Positions 1 through 9,619 of a stretch of 64,000 nt of DNA are shown here, piece after piece. The DNA lies in NCBI GenBank assembly GCA_965202625.1, contig CBDBBI010000010.1:1568001-1632000 (forward strand), in the 5' to 3' direction. A program made the translations under genes and the position numbers. How positions within the stretch are numbered: the first letter of the stretch is position 1; each line of letters opens with the position of its first letter. A model generated the notes under the pieces. That model was given only the letters and a program-made list of their open reading frames with translations, was not told the DNA's origin and searched no databases. This DNA is from a bacterium (GTDB lineage: Bacteria; UBA8248).

Positions 1-779
1 TTCTCGTAATCGCCTCGCTCCTCATCTTTCAGATTCTGGTCAAGCCAAAACTCTATAATCGTCTTGTTCTGATTGCTCTCGAACTCATCGAAGAGCTTCG
101 TGAAGATGAGCTTGAAAACCTCCTCGAAGCCGTCCACGCCCGCGTTCGCCAGAACGTCGTTCTCCAGCTCAAGAATGAGGTCCTTGAGGGATTTTCTCTC
201 GTTGGCGAGTTTGTCGTTGAGGATGAGGTTCTTCAGCGTGAAGCGCCCCGTGAGGACGTCCTCAAGCGTTTGTCCGCTCGTGGGAACGTCCGTGATGTCC
301 ACGAAAATGTTCGGGTCCTTGCGGTGGTAATGGGAAATTTGCCCGCCGTTCGTCCATATCCCAATCGGCGCGCCGGTGGCATTGCAATAGGAGCGCAGCT
401 GGTCTTTTCCGTCCTTGAGCCTGGGCTTTTTGAGTTCGACGATGACGTAAGGCGTATCGGGATTATCTTTGTCGAATATGACGACGTCGGCTTTCTTCGT
501 CTCCCTGCCGAAGTTGACGGGATGCTCAAAGGCCAGCCGACTCCGGGGATAGCCGTATTTCTGCATCAACCGCGTCGCGTAAAGCTGGCGGACGATTTCT
601 TCCGGCTTCAGCTGAACGTCTTTTTTCCGGACGACGCAATGGACGTAAAGCCTCTCCCCGCCTTTGGTCGTTTTCGTGGACGTGCTCTTCCCCAAGGCTT
701 CGATCTCATCCTCGGCGAACAGGTCGAGATGATAAGCGCTGTTCTTGAATATCGTCTGAATCGGGTCCGCCTGTGTCAT
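1..779 (-). CDS. Restriction-modification fusion protein (HSDR_N-like PD-(D/E)xK nuclease domain leading into an N-6 methylase-type region), 5' part; runs off the window
   Basis: Not in ORF track (open at edge). Manual translation from ATG at 779 after GGAGAGG: MTQADPIQ...KPEEIVRQLY...YGYP...ADVVIFDKD...IVELKKP...GKDQLRSYCNATGAPIGIWTNG...FEEVFKLIFTKLFDE. The methylase catalytic motif would lie outside the window. Confidence 0.75.
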   Translation of the reverse strand, partial: MTQADPIQTIFKNSAYHLDLFAEDEIEALGKSTSTKTTKGGERLYVHCVVRKKDVQLKPEEIVRQLYATRLMQKYGYPRSRLAFEHPVNFGRETKKADVVIFDKDNPDTPYVIVELKKPRLKDGKDQLRSYCNATGAPIGIWTNGGQISHYHRKDPNIFVDITDVPTSGQTLEDVLTGRFTLKNLILNDKLANERKSLKDLILELENDVLANAGVDGFEEVFKLIFTKLFDEFESNQNKTIIEFWLDQNLKDEERGDYE

Positions 780-1045
780 TTCCTCTCCGTTCTCCACGTG
801 GACCTGGCACCCTCCCATGCGGGCAATCGATCGATTTTCACCGTCCCCGCAGGGACGACCCCCCATGGCGGCTCCCTGTGTGAAGGACGAAATTATAGAC
901 GGGAGCGGGAGGGATGAGCGACCTATCTCTGCATCTCCCGGATAGCGGCGCCATGCGACAAAAGAGCGGAAAAAAGCTCGCCTTGCGGGCAGGTGTCGGG
1001 GCGTCGTGCGCCCAAGCGGCGTTTCAGGGAAACGAGGAGGCGACT

Positions 1046-1810
1046 CTACCAGTCCCAGAAAAGGGTGTAGGCCCTGCCGGTGACAGGTCGCCTCTCCTCC
1101 CATTCCAGACGGGTCTGGCCGGTTTCGCTCAGCAGCCTCGGATACGCCCGGCGCTTGTTGAAACTGTTCGACGCCCCCTGGGACTCCTCCCGACGCGCGC
1201 CCATGACCTTGCGCCCGGGAGGGAGGAACACCTCAAGGCGAAACGCCTCTGTGGGATATTCGACCACGAGGGTGACCCACTCGTTGCGCGCGGTGAACGA
1301 ACTCCGCAGACCGAGCTGGTGGCGAAGCTCAAAAATCTCTCCGCCCCGAATCGCCCCCGCCAGGGGGAGGCAGGCGGGAAAATCCGCTCCCGCCCTCTCC
1401 TCGACGTGATGCGTCAAGGGCGTCCAGTCAGGCTCCCCGCCCTCTCCTTCCCCGAAGACCCGGTAGCAATAGGACGCCTCGCGCGCGCCGTTGCCCGTGT
1501 GATAGCGCGTCCTGATCTGGGACAATTCCCGCAGCGCCAGACACCGCCGGACGCTCACCATGCGCGCGCGACGCCCCTCGACGTCCTCGATCGTATAGGT
1601 TCGGGAGTTGAGCAGCACGCGGTAGTCGTATGGGCTGTCCGCCTGACTCTCGCCAGAGAGGGCGGAGGGATCGCGCTCCTCAATGCGGCGCACGCGCACC
1701 GCGAGCGCGTCCATCTTCTCCGACAACTCCCCCTGTCTCCTGAGAATCGAGGAGACGCCGCCGGCCAGCTCCTCGAGCGCATTCTCCAGTTCGGGGTTCT
1801 TCGCCGCCAT
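1046..1810 (-). CDS. Hypothetical protein (N-terminal coiled coil, beta-rich C-terminal domain ending YTLFWDW)
   Basis: ATG at 1810 preceded by GAAGGTGG; protein-like composition; co-oriented with rlmN and the RM gene. Confidence 0.65.
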   Translation of the reverse strand: MAAKNPELENALEELAGGVSSILRRQGELSEKMDALAVRVRRIEERDPSALSGESQADSPYDYRVLLNSRTYTIEDVEGRRARMVSVRRCLALRELSQIRTRYHTGNGAREASYCYRVFGEGEGGEPDWTPLTHHVEERAGADFPACLPLAGAIRGGEIFELRHQLGLRSSFTARNEWVTLVVEYPTEAFRLEVFLPPGRKVMGARREESQGASNSFNKRRAYPRLLSETGQTRLEWEERRPVTGRAYTLFWDW

Positions 1811-2038
1811 CTTTCCGCCACCTTCTGGTTTCACCGCACGACCGCTCCGCTCGCCCGAAAACAGAAAAAACGCATGGTAGCACATCGCGCGAGGGGGAGA
1901 GAAAGCGGAAATCGCGCCTCACCGATGGGCGACGCAAGAACTATATCTCAAGGCGAACGGGGGACGTTCTCTCATCCATAAATACGTGAACGTAGATAAA
2001 ATATCAGACGGGAGAAGGGCGAGAGAGCATATTTCTCA

Positions 2039-3202
2039 CTACCTGATCTGTAAGGGAGAAATTCGACGCGCGCCATTTGGGGGTGTGATTCGGCGCCGAT
2101 CGGCAAGCTGGCCGCACGCCGCGAGAACATCCCCTCCTTTGCTGACGCGGATGGTGGCGAGGACGCCGGCGGCGGACAACACCTGACGAAATTCCTCGAC
2201 CCGCCCATCGTCCGGCCGGTCGTATGGGGCTTCCGGAAACGGATTCCACGGAATCAGATTCACCTTGCATTTGAGGCCGCTCACCAGCCGAGAGAGCGCC
2301 CTCGCGTCTCGTTTTGAATCGTTGATCCCCCGAAGCAGGACGTATTCAAAGGTAATGCGGCGACGAGCGTTCATGGGCAACTCTCGGCATTCGCCGATGA
2401 GCGCGCTCAAATTCCATTTTCGATTGATCGGCGCCAGTTTCCCTCTGGTTTCATCGTCCGCCGCGTGAAGCGATACCGCCAAACCCACGCCCGGGACAGC
2501 GGAGACGAAATCCTTGAGTCTCGAAACGACTCCGACCGTCGACACGGTGAGCCTTCTGGGGCTGACGCCGTTCGCCCCGGAATGCGTCAGAATTCTCACG
2601 GCGTCTATGGTGGCGTCAAAATTATCGAGCGGCTCTCCCATCCCCATGAACACCACGTTGTGAAAGCGCTCGCCCTCGGCAAGACGCGCTCTGGCGGCGA
2701 GAAATTGACCGACGATCTCGCCCGCCGTCAGCTGGCGCACGAACCCCATCTTCGCCGTCATGCAAAACGCGCACCCCATGGCGCATCCCACCTGCGTGGA
2801 GACGCAAAGAGACCATCGCGCCGCTCCGTTCGCCCTCCTCATCGGTATGCGGACGCTCTCCACCCGCGCGCCATCGCGCAGACGCCACGCATATTTCTCC
2901 GTTCCATCCGCGCTTCTGCTCTCTTGATCCAGCGCGAGCGTCCCGATTCGGGCCGCGCTTTCGAGCTTCGCCCTCAGACCTTTGGGAACGTTCGTCATTT
3001 GGGCGAACTCCCGCGCACCATGTGCATACAGCCACGAGAACAGCTGCCGACCCCTGTATGGGGATTCCCCCATCCGCTTGCACAATGCGATGAGTTTCTC
3101 CTCATCCATTCCAATCAGATCAACGTTCTCAGAGGGTCGTGCTCGACTCGTCCTCTCTCGCGCCGCTTCTGGCTTCACGTCCCGTTCCCTCAACGCGCCC
3201 AC
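2039..3202 (-). CDS. rlmN: Dual-specificity 23S rRNA/tRNA m2A methyltransferase (radical SAM)
   Basis: CVSTQVGCAMGCAFC, VFMGMGEPL, AVSLHA, FEYVLL, NLIPWNP, AACGQL; exact start uncertain. Confidence 0.95.
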   Translation of the reverse strand: MGALRERDVKPEAARERTSRARPSENVDLIGMDEEKLIALCKRMGESPYRGRQLFSWLYAHGAREFAQMTNVPKGLRAKLESAARIGTLALDQESRSADGTEKYAWRLRDGARVESVRIPMRRANGAARWSLCVSTQVGCAMGCAFCMTAKMGFVRQLTAGEIVGQFLAARARLAEGERFHNVVFMGMGEPLDNFDATIDAVRILTHSGANGVSPRRLTVSTVGVVSRLKDFVSAVPGVGLAVSLHAADDETRGKLAPINRKWNLSALIGECRELPMNARRRITFEYVLLRGINDSKRDARALSRLVSGLKCKVNLIPWNPFPEAPYDRPDDGRVEEFRQVLSAAGVLATIRVSKGGDVLAACGQLADRRRITPPNGARRISPLQIR

Positions 3203-3280
3203 GGTGATATGTTTCGCCCGTTCCGTTTTCCGTTCGCATCATATCATGGTTGCCCACGCCCGAATGGGAGAACCTCCGCT

Positions 3281-3916
3281 TTGGCCATACGAGCGCTTCT
3301 TCTAGACCACGACGGCACTCTCGTCGACAGCTATGAGGGAATCGCAAAATGTATGCGCCTCACGTGCCGGGACCTGGGCGTTCCCGAGATGGGGGATGAA
3401 GAAATTCTCGCGTCCATCGGCCCCACGCTCGAGGAAAGATTTACCGAACTGTGGGGAGCGGACATAGCCAGCGAAGCAGCGCGCGCCTATCGCTCCCACT
3501 ACAAGGCGCATCATATCTCGGGCACTCGCATCATTCCGGAAGCGAAAAAAACGCTTGAGACCCTCGCCCATCAAGGGATGCGGATGGCTTGCGTATCAAA
3601 CAAGACGTGGTTTTTCTGCAAACAGCAACTGGCGCACGTAGGACTTCTTCCCTATATCCAGACGGTGTTCGGACACCGTCTGGGATATGCGCCGAAACCG
3701 GACCCCGAAATGTTGTTGGCCGCCATCAAACTGCTGAACGTGAAGCCAGAAGAAGCCGTCATGATTGGGGACACCACGACAGACATACAGGCGGCCAGAA
3801 ACGCGTCCATCCCCGTATGGATCATCAAGGGGAAATACACGCAACCCGATGAGATACAAAAATCAAACCCGGATAAATATCTGGAAAAATTGGGCGACAT
3901 CCTACAATGGCTGTAG
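3281..3916 (+). CDS. HAD-family hydrolase (phosphoglycolate phosphatase-like)
   Basis: LDHDGTLVDS motif I, SNK, KPDP, MIGD..D; probable TTG start at 3281. Confidence 0.85.
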   Translation: MAIRALLLDHDGTLVDSYEGIAKCMRLTCRDLGVPEMGDEEILASIGPTLEERFTELWGADIASEAARAYRSHYKAHHISGTRIIPEAKKTLETLAHQGMRMACVSNKTWFFCKQQLAHVGLLPYIQTVFGHRLGYAPKPDPEMLLAAIKLLNVKPEEAVMIGDTTTDIQAARNASIPVWIIKGKYTQPDEIQKSNPDKYLEKLGDILQWL

Positions 3917-4295
3917 TTTTTATGACGTCCTACCGCGCCAGGCGCTCAGGTTCCCCATACGGGAGCACGCTCCACGCACAAAGCAGGACAACTCTCCATG
4001 AACTGGGCGCAGTGGACGCATACGCCAAGAGCCGAGCGACGCCCCCCAGGAAACGCTTACGCGCATCCTCCTACGACGTGGGGGCCCGGGTTACAGAGGG
4101 ACGGCCCAAGCCGTCCTTGCCGATTTCGCTGCGCTTGGGCCGTAGAGACGCGCTCCAAACCTGAAAACGCACGGTTTTCGCAACTTTCGGAAATGAGAGG
4201 GCGTCCCGAGATCACGTTGCCAAAGCGCGTATGATTTCTGTAACTTAGAAAAGCCCTTTCGACCTTGATGCGCCAAAAACCATCCAGGAAACGGA

Positions 4296-5036
4296 ATGCC
4301 AAACCAAACGGCCTCAACAGCCTCCCGAAAACAAAAAATCCTGAAACTCGCGGACAGACTGTTGTCTCGGTTTGGGAAGCCGGAGCGCATGAAACGAAAG
4401 GACCTCCTGGACGCCTTGATAGAAACCCTCCTCTCGCAAAGCACGACCGATCACAACCGCGATTTGGCGTTTCATTCCTTGAAAAAAACTTTCACCAACT
4501 GGGATGCAACCGCCGACGCCTCTCAAGAGGGCATCGCCCAGGCGATTCGCTCCGCCGGCTTGGGAAATCAGAAAGCCGAACGAATTCGAGGTTTCCTCAC
4601 ATGGCTTCGCAGGGATCGGAAACGACTCTCTCTGGAATTCCTGCACGAAGAATCGGATGATTTCGCCGTGCGGTATCTCACCCGGCACAAAGGCATCGGG
4701 GTAAAAACCGCCTACGTCACCCTGATGCTGGCCTCCAATCGGGACTTGTTCCCCATCGACGTTCATATTCACCGCATCATGATGCGCCTGGGCGTCATCA
4801 GCACAAAAACCACCCCCGAGAAATCTCATCCGGAGCTCGCTCCACTCATCCCCGAAGGACGCGCCCATGAGCTGCACATGAACATGCTGAATTTTGGCCG
4901 AACCATTTGCACCGCCCGAAACCCGAAATGCGCAGCCTGCGACATGAAGCGCATGTGCCGTCACTATCGAGAGGCGAACGCGAAAAAACAAAAAGCCGGA
5001 GGAACGCCCGTTTCTCAAAATCTAACCAAACCATGA
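4296..5036 (+). CDS. nth: Endonuclease III-type HhH-GPD glycosylase with Fe-S cluster
   Basis: LLSQSTTD, GIGVKTA, PIDVHIHRI, CTARNPKCAAC-x5-C. Confidence 0.85.
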   Translation: MPNQTASTASRKQKILKLADRLLSRFGKPERMKRKDLLDALIETLLSQSTTDHNRDLAFHSLKKTFTNWDATADASQEGIAQAIRSAGLGNQKAERIRGFLTWLRRDRKRLSLEFLHEESDDFAVRYLTRHKGIGVKTAYVTLMLASNRDLFPIDVHIHRIMMRLGVISTKTTPEKSHPELAPLIPEGRAHELHMNMLNFGRTICTARNPKCAACDMKRMCRHYREANAKKQKAGGTPVSQNLTKP

Positions 5037-5929
5037 GATGGATCCAGCTGATCGGTCCAGGAGAGCTGCTCGCGATCGCATCCTCCATCACGTTCTCCGT
5101 GGCGCAAACCTTTCTCAGGCAAGGGATGAGAAGCGTATCCCCGCTCGCCACCGCTCTGCTTATCAATGGAATCGTCAGCCTGGGAGGTCTTGTCATATCC
5201 CTCATGAAAGGGACGCTGCTCACCTCCAAGCCAGACGCCATCCTCTGGTATGCAGCCGTGGGCGCCACGGGTCCGACTATTGGAAGATATTGTTATCTGG
5301 TGGGCGTCTCTCGCATGGGGCTCAGCCGAACCGTGCCCATATCCTCCGCCGCGCCCATTTGGGGGACTTTTTTCGCGGTGCTGTTTTTGGGCGAAGCTCC
5401 GACGGCCATGGTCGTGGCCGGCACCCTCGGCATCGTCATCGGCGTATCCATCCTCGGCATACAGGATGACAAGTCCGAATCCTTCAAAATCTGGTTTCAA
5501 GGGGCGCTGATATTCCCGCTCACCGCATCGTTGGCCTATGCGGCGGCGCCCATCTTCGCCAAACTCGCATACGCGCACCAGGCGACGCCAGGCGTCGGAA
5601 TGGCCGTATCCTTCGCCACGGCCAACGTTCTTCTCCTGCTCACCAAGCCCTTTCTGCCCGGCCAAAGAGATATTTCCGGAGACAGGAGGGGGCTCATATG
5701 GGTAGGGGTCGCGGGACTCATCGGCGTCTCCAGCTCCTACATGCTGTGGACGGCTCTTACCTTAGCGAGCGTATCCACCGCCCTCCCCTTGAGCCGAATC
5801 GCGCCGATCTGGGTGCTGATTCTCAGCTATTTCTTTCTCGGAAAACTCGAAAAAATCAACCGCAAGACGGTTTCAGCCACGATTTGCGTCGTCGCCGGCG
5901 GAGTGCTGATCACCGCTTTTCGGAATTAA
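5033..5929 (+). CDS. DMT/EamA family membrane transporter
   Basis: About 10 hydrophobic helices in two repeats, FLGE motif; ATGA overlap with nth stop. Confidence 0.85.
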   Translation: MRWIQLIGPGELLAIASSITFSVAQTFLRQGMRSVSPLATALLINGIVSLGGLVISLMKGTLLTSKPDAILWYAAVGATGPTIGRYCYLVGVSRMGLSRTVPISSAAPIWGTFFAVLFLGEAPTAMVVAGTLGIVIGVSILGIQDDKSESFKIWFQGALIFPLTASLAYAAAPIFAKLAYAHQATPGVGMAVSFATANVLLLLTKPFLPGQRDISGDRRGLIWVGVAGLIGVSSSYMLWTALTLASVSTALPLSRIAPIWVLILSYFFLGKLEKINRKTVSATICVVAGGVLITAFRN

Positions 5930-5994
5930 CCCGCTCGGGGCCGAAGCGCCGAACTTCTCGTTCATCAACGAGCGTTCTCTACCCTGCAGGAGCT

Positions 5995-7242
5995 CTACCT
6001 TCCCGCCGCGGCCTCGACCACGCGGGGAGAATAAATGAGATCGTCCACCTGCGGCGGATCCTCAAGGAAACCTGCCGCCTTAAGCGAAAGGACGTCGTTC
6101 GTGCCGTCTGAATGCAGAAAACTCAAGGCGTCGCGCATGAGTTTCTCGATGGGGTTCTTCCGCATGTATCCCGCCGCTCCCCAAAGCTCCATCGCCGCCT
6201 GGCAAACCTGCACGGCGGATTCGGACGCGAATACTTTGCTCAGCATCGCATTCTTTCTGTCCATCTCATCCAGCTGCGTGGACCAGGCCGTGCGCCACAG
6301 ATAGGAACGAGACGCTTCTATCTTCATCGCCATGCGCGCAAGCCGCACCTGCTGAATCTGGTGCGCAAACAAGGGCGCGCTTCCCTGAATTCTGGCGTGC
6401 GCATACTGTAAAGAGAGATCATACGCGCGTTGAGCGACACCCAGCACCGTGGAACCCGCCTGTATGTTGCTGCCGTGCTTTATCAGCAAATTAGCGAGTG
6501 CCGGCATCGCCTGGCCTTCCTCCCCGATTTGGTCCTCCGCGGGAATTTCCACGTTATGAAACTCCAACGTGCCGTTTTGAACGCACCGCTGGCCGAGTTT
6601 GTCCCACACCTCCGTAACGCGAAAGCCCTTCGCATCGGAGGGCATCAAAAAAGCCGTGAGACTGTTCGAGAGAGGATTTTTTTTGTCCGTGCGAGCGACG
6701 ACTTGATAGATTTTTGCGAGACCCCCGTTTGAGATGTAGCGCTTCTCGCCGTTCAGCACCCAGCAGTCTCCCCTTCTTTCGGCATACGTCTGCATTCCAG
6801 CGCCCGGATTCGGGTTGGGCCACACGTTGTCGCTACCCGCCATGGGTTCTGTCCAGGCTGTCGCCAGAAGACATTCATCATCCCCCATCAGTTTTGGAAG
6901 CCAGCGTCTTCGCTGTTCATCGTTCGCCATGTTGACAATCGACGTCATGATCTTCCACGTCTGATCATAGGCGACGGCGAGTCCTAAATCTCCATACGCC
7001 AGCGCCTCGCCCACGACGGCGCAGGAAAGGACGTCAGCGCCTTCCCCCCCGAACTCTCTCGGGACGGTAAGGGTTCTGAGACCTCGCCTCGAACCCTCTC
7101 TGATGACTTCCCAGTTAAAGGATTTCTCAGGATCCTGGATGCGGTCTGCGACCTCCGCGGCGGGTATCATCACCTCGGTGGCGTATCTCTTCGCAATGTC
7201 TCTGAGTTCCATCTGTCGGGACGTGAGTTGAAAATCAACCAT
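5995..7242 (-). CDS. Acyl-CoA dehydrogenase
   Basis: TEPMAGSD, LNGEKRYISNG, WDKLGQR, GAAGYMRKNPIEKLMRDA. Confidence 0.9.
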   Translation of the reverse strand: MVDFQLTSRQMELRDIAKRYATEVMIPAAEVADRIQDPEKSFNWEVIREGSRRGLRTLTVPREFGGEGADVLSCAVVGEALAYGDLGLAVAYDQTWKIMTSIVNMANDEQRRRWLPKLMGDDECLLATAWTEPMAGSDNVWPNPNPGAGMQTYAERRGDCWVLNGEKRYISNGGLAKIYQVVARTDKKNPLSNSLTAFLMPSDAKGFRVTEVWDKLGQRCVQNGTLEFHNVEIPAEDQIGEEGQAMPALANLLIKHGSNIQAGSTVLGVAQRAYDLSLQYAHARIQGSAPLFAHQIQQVRLARMAMKIEASRSYLWRTAWSTQLDEMDRKNAMLSKVFASESAVQVCQAAMELWGAAGYMRKNPIEKLMRDALSFLHSDGTNDVLSLKAAGFLEDPPQVDDLIYSPRVVEAAAGR

Positions 7243-7368
7243 CGGCTTCGTCCTCCCAAGAAAAAACGTCATGGACATTGCAATCGTGGTGAATCGATCG
7301 CACATGACGCGCAAGGCAAAATCGGCTCCTTGTCCGCGCCTCTGCCGATAAGCGGGGGCGAGAATAGC

Positions 7369-7767
7369 TCAATGCGCCGATGGACTCTCGCACAATTCAA
7401 TGCGAACGTTGCCCGGTCCCCGAACATAGGCGATCATGCGTCCGCCTACTCCATGGCGTACGGGCTCCATCATAATCTCCGCTCCTCTATCCCTTAACCA
7501 TTCAACAGCCGCTTCCACGTCCGGAACGCCAAACCCGAAATGATCCAACCCCTGAACCAGTTCCGGCCCCACAGATGCAGGCGTCTCACCGGGTCTGACG
7601 CCGCGCGCGAATATTACCAGAGAGCCCACCTGAAGCGCCGCATTGGGCGATCCCTTGAAGTCCTCGTCGTAGCGGATGATTTCAGCCTCAAATATCTCTT
7701 GAAAATACGCAACAAACGCCTTTACATCCGCGCAGACGTAATGAATGTGGTCAAAGCTGAATTCCAT
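7369..7767 (-). CDS. VOC/glyoxalase family protein
   Basis: FDHIHY, LDHFGFGVPDVEA, YVRGPGNVRIEL. Confidence 0.85.
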   Translation of the reverse strand: MEFSFDHIHYVCADVKAFVAYFQEIFEAEIIRYDEDFKGSPNAALQVGSLVIFARGVRPGETPASVGPELVQGLDHFGFGVPDVEAAVEWLRDRGAEIMMEPVRHGVGGRMIAYVRGPGNVRIELCESPSAH

Positions 7768-7787
7768 CAGACTCCTCAAGCGCGAGA

Positions 7788-9539
7788 TTACGGAGTGATG
7801 ATGAGGGGTGCCTCTTTCGCATCGACGTTCTCTGAAACACCGCCATCCTCAGCATCCGCCTCCTGCGCTTCGCCTCCCTCACCCTGAGATTTCCGGACCT
7901 GGCGAATCATTCGCTCAAGCATCACGTTGATAGAATACTGCACCATTTCAACGAAAAGCGGCGGAGGCTCATCCCCTCCCTCTCGCACTTCGTCCGCCAG
8001 CGTCACGCACTCTCGCGCCATCGCCCCATCACCCGCTTGATGAAAAATATACCCATTATCTTCCAGCTGGCCCGCAATGCGCTCCCGCAATCCTCTATCC
8101 TGAAAAATTTCCTTTGCGCCATTTTCGACTATCTGCTCGAGCCGCTCTTTTTTCTGTCTTTCATCTATCGCCACCTGGGTTTCCATGGACTGCAAAAATT
8201 CCCGAAAATACGGCGTCACGCGCTCCTCATCCATCGCCCAACTCCAAAAAGGACGATGGGAGAAGATGACGCGCGTCTCCATCCTCTCCTCGCTTTCTCC
8301 GAGGGAACGCGCCATGGAGCGAAGAGGGTGCGGCCCCTCCACGGGAAACAGGTCGGGTTCCGCCAATGGATCGAGCATAAGCTTGGCGTGCGTAAAGCCT
8401 CCGGGCAGCGGCGTGTTTCCCGCCTCACTTTCGCGCTGAGCGCGCTCAAGAAGCCAAACGGCATACCCGGTGGGAACTTCCTGTGACGCCAGGGTAGGAA
8501 TTTCTGAGATCCGGCGAAAAACATCTCGCACCTCTTTCGCGCTCATTTCCGCATCGGTGAATTCGATGATACCCCTCCCCCGCATCAAACGCGCCTGCAC
8601 GAAATACCTTCCGCGCGGAACCCGAGAACGAGCGAGCCACAAAAGCATCTGCCCAAGACCATCCACGGCACTGGCCACCGCATGAACATAACCGGGCGGA
8701 TTGGACCGATGGGCAAAGCGCCCGCCCGCATCGGGCGCGTGTTCAATTTCGACGCCCTTGTTTTTCAATCGAAACGTCGCTTTACGAATGCGGGACAAGG
8801 TATCTTTGTCCTTGATGCGCCCCAAGAACCTCTGAAGGGCGATTACGGCGTCCCGTGTGCCTACGTTCTCCAGAATTTCGATAAAATGCGCAGGGGGCGG
8901 CGCCCCTTCGGCCACCATCGCTTCGGCCACCGCAAGCGCGCGCGCCTCTGAAACGCCATCCGCGCCTTCAAAACCATCACGAAACGTTACCTCCCGCAAA
9001 AAAGGAGGCAGTCTTTTCAAGGAAGATAGAAGGAGTTGCGCAGAATCGACCGTGAGGGACTCGTCCTGTTTGAGTTGATCAGAAATTTCCTGGGCTCGAC
9101 GCAACCTTTCCGCATCGAAACCATCCGGCAATTCGGCCGCCGGGTCCAAAGCCTGGACGGTATCCAGCAGCGCGGCGAGGCCCGGTATCGTCCAGCGCAT
9201 CGTCTGGATAAGCGAAACGAGCTTTTGAACGACAGAACCATCGCCCAACTCTCGTAGGGCGAGAAGCGTAGGGACCCTTCCTGTCGGCGTGGTGGAGGAT
9301 AGATGGCTCAACACGCCGGCGACCCCCGCCTCTCCCATCTCCCTGATCTCATCCAATAGAGGCGCGGGCGCCATAGATCCGGGCAGCGGCGGCGTAGTGA
9401 ACGACGCCTCAAGACCAGCCGCCACGGCCACGGCCCGATCCATATCCTCCTTCGGAAAATTTTTTTTCGAGGGCCGCTTCCTCAATTTCTTCGCCAAAAT
9501 CCCATCTCCCTGTAAAATACGCCTGTCTCTTCGCATCAT
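7788..9539 (-). CDS. Hypothetical alpha-helical protein (HEAT-like segments)
   Basis: 583-aa open frame with protein-like composition; start uncertain. Confidence 0.7.
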   Translation of the reverse strand: MMRRDRRILQGDGILAKKLRKRPSKKNFPKEDMDRAVAVAAGLEASFTTPPLPGSMAPAPLLDEIREMGEAGVAGVLSHLSSTTPTGRVPTLLALRELGDGSVVQKLVSLIQTMRWTIPGLAALLDTVQALDPAAELPDGFDAERLRRAQEISDQLKQDESLTVDSAQLLLSSLKRLPPFLREVTFRDGFEGADGVSEARALAVAEAMVAEGAPPPAHFIEILENVGTRDAVIALQRFLGRIKDKDTLSRIRKATFRLKNKGVEIEHAPDAGGRFAHRSNPPGYVHAVASAVDGLGQMLLWLARSRVPRGRYFVQARLMRGRGIIEFTDAEMSAKEVRDVFRRISEIPTLASQEVPTGYAVWLLERAQRESEAGNTPLPGGFTHAKLMLDPLAEPDLFPVEGPHPLRSMARSLGESEERMETRVIFSHRPFWSWAMDEERVTPYFREFLQSMETQVAIDERQKKERLEQIVENGAKEIFQDRGLRERIAGQLEDNGYIFHQAGDGAMARECVTLADEVREGGDEPPPLFVEMVQYSINVMLERMIRQVRKSQGEGGEAQEADAEDGGVSENVDAKEAPLIITP

Positions 9540-9619
9540 TGGGGGACGCAGCGCGCGCTGTCAAGACAGCCTTGAAAACAACGTCTCCCCTCGCCCCTTT
9601 TGCCAACCACGACGCGCCC

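Noticed and set aside
270-1981. Long + strand ORFs 270-917 and 914-1981
   Set aside because: Antisense shadows of the minus-strand RM gene and hypothetical gene; no recognisable motifs
2465-3280. Apparent 483-aa HAD fusion protein
   Set aside because: The N-terminal extension is antisense to rlmN; HAD motif I begins only at about 3300
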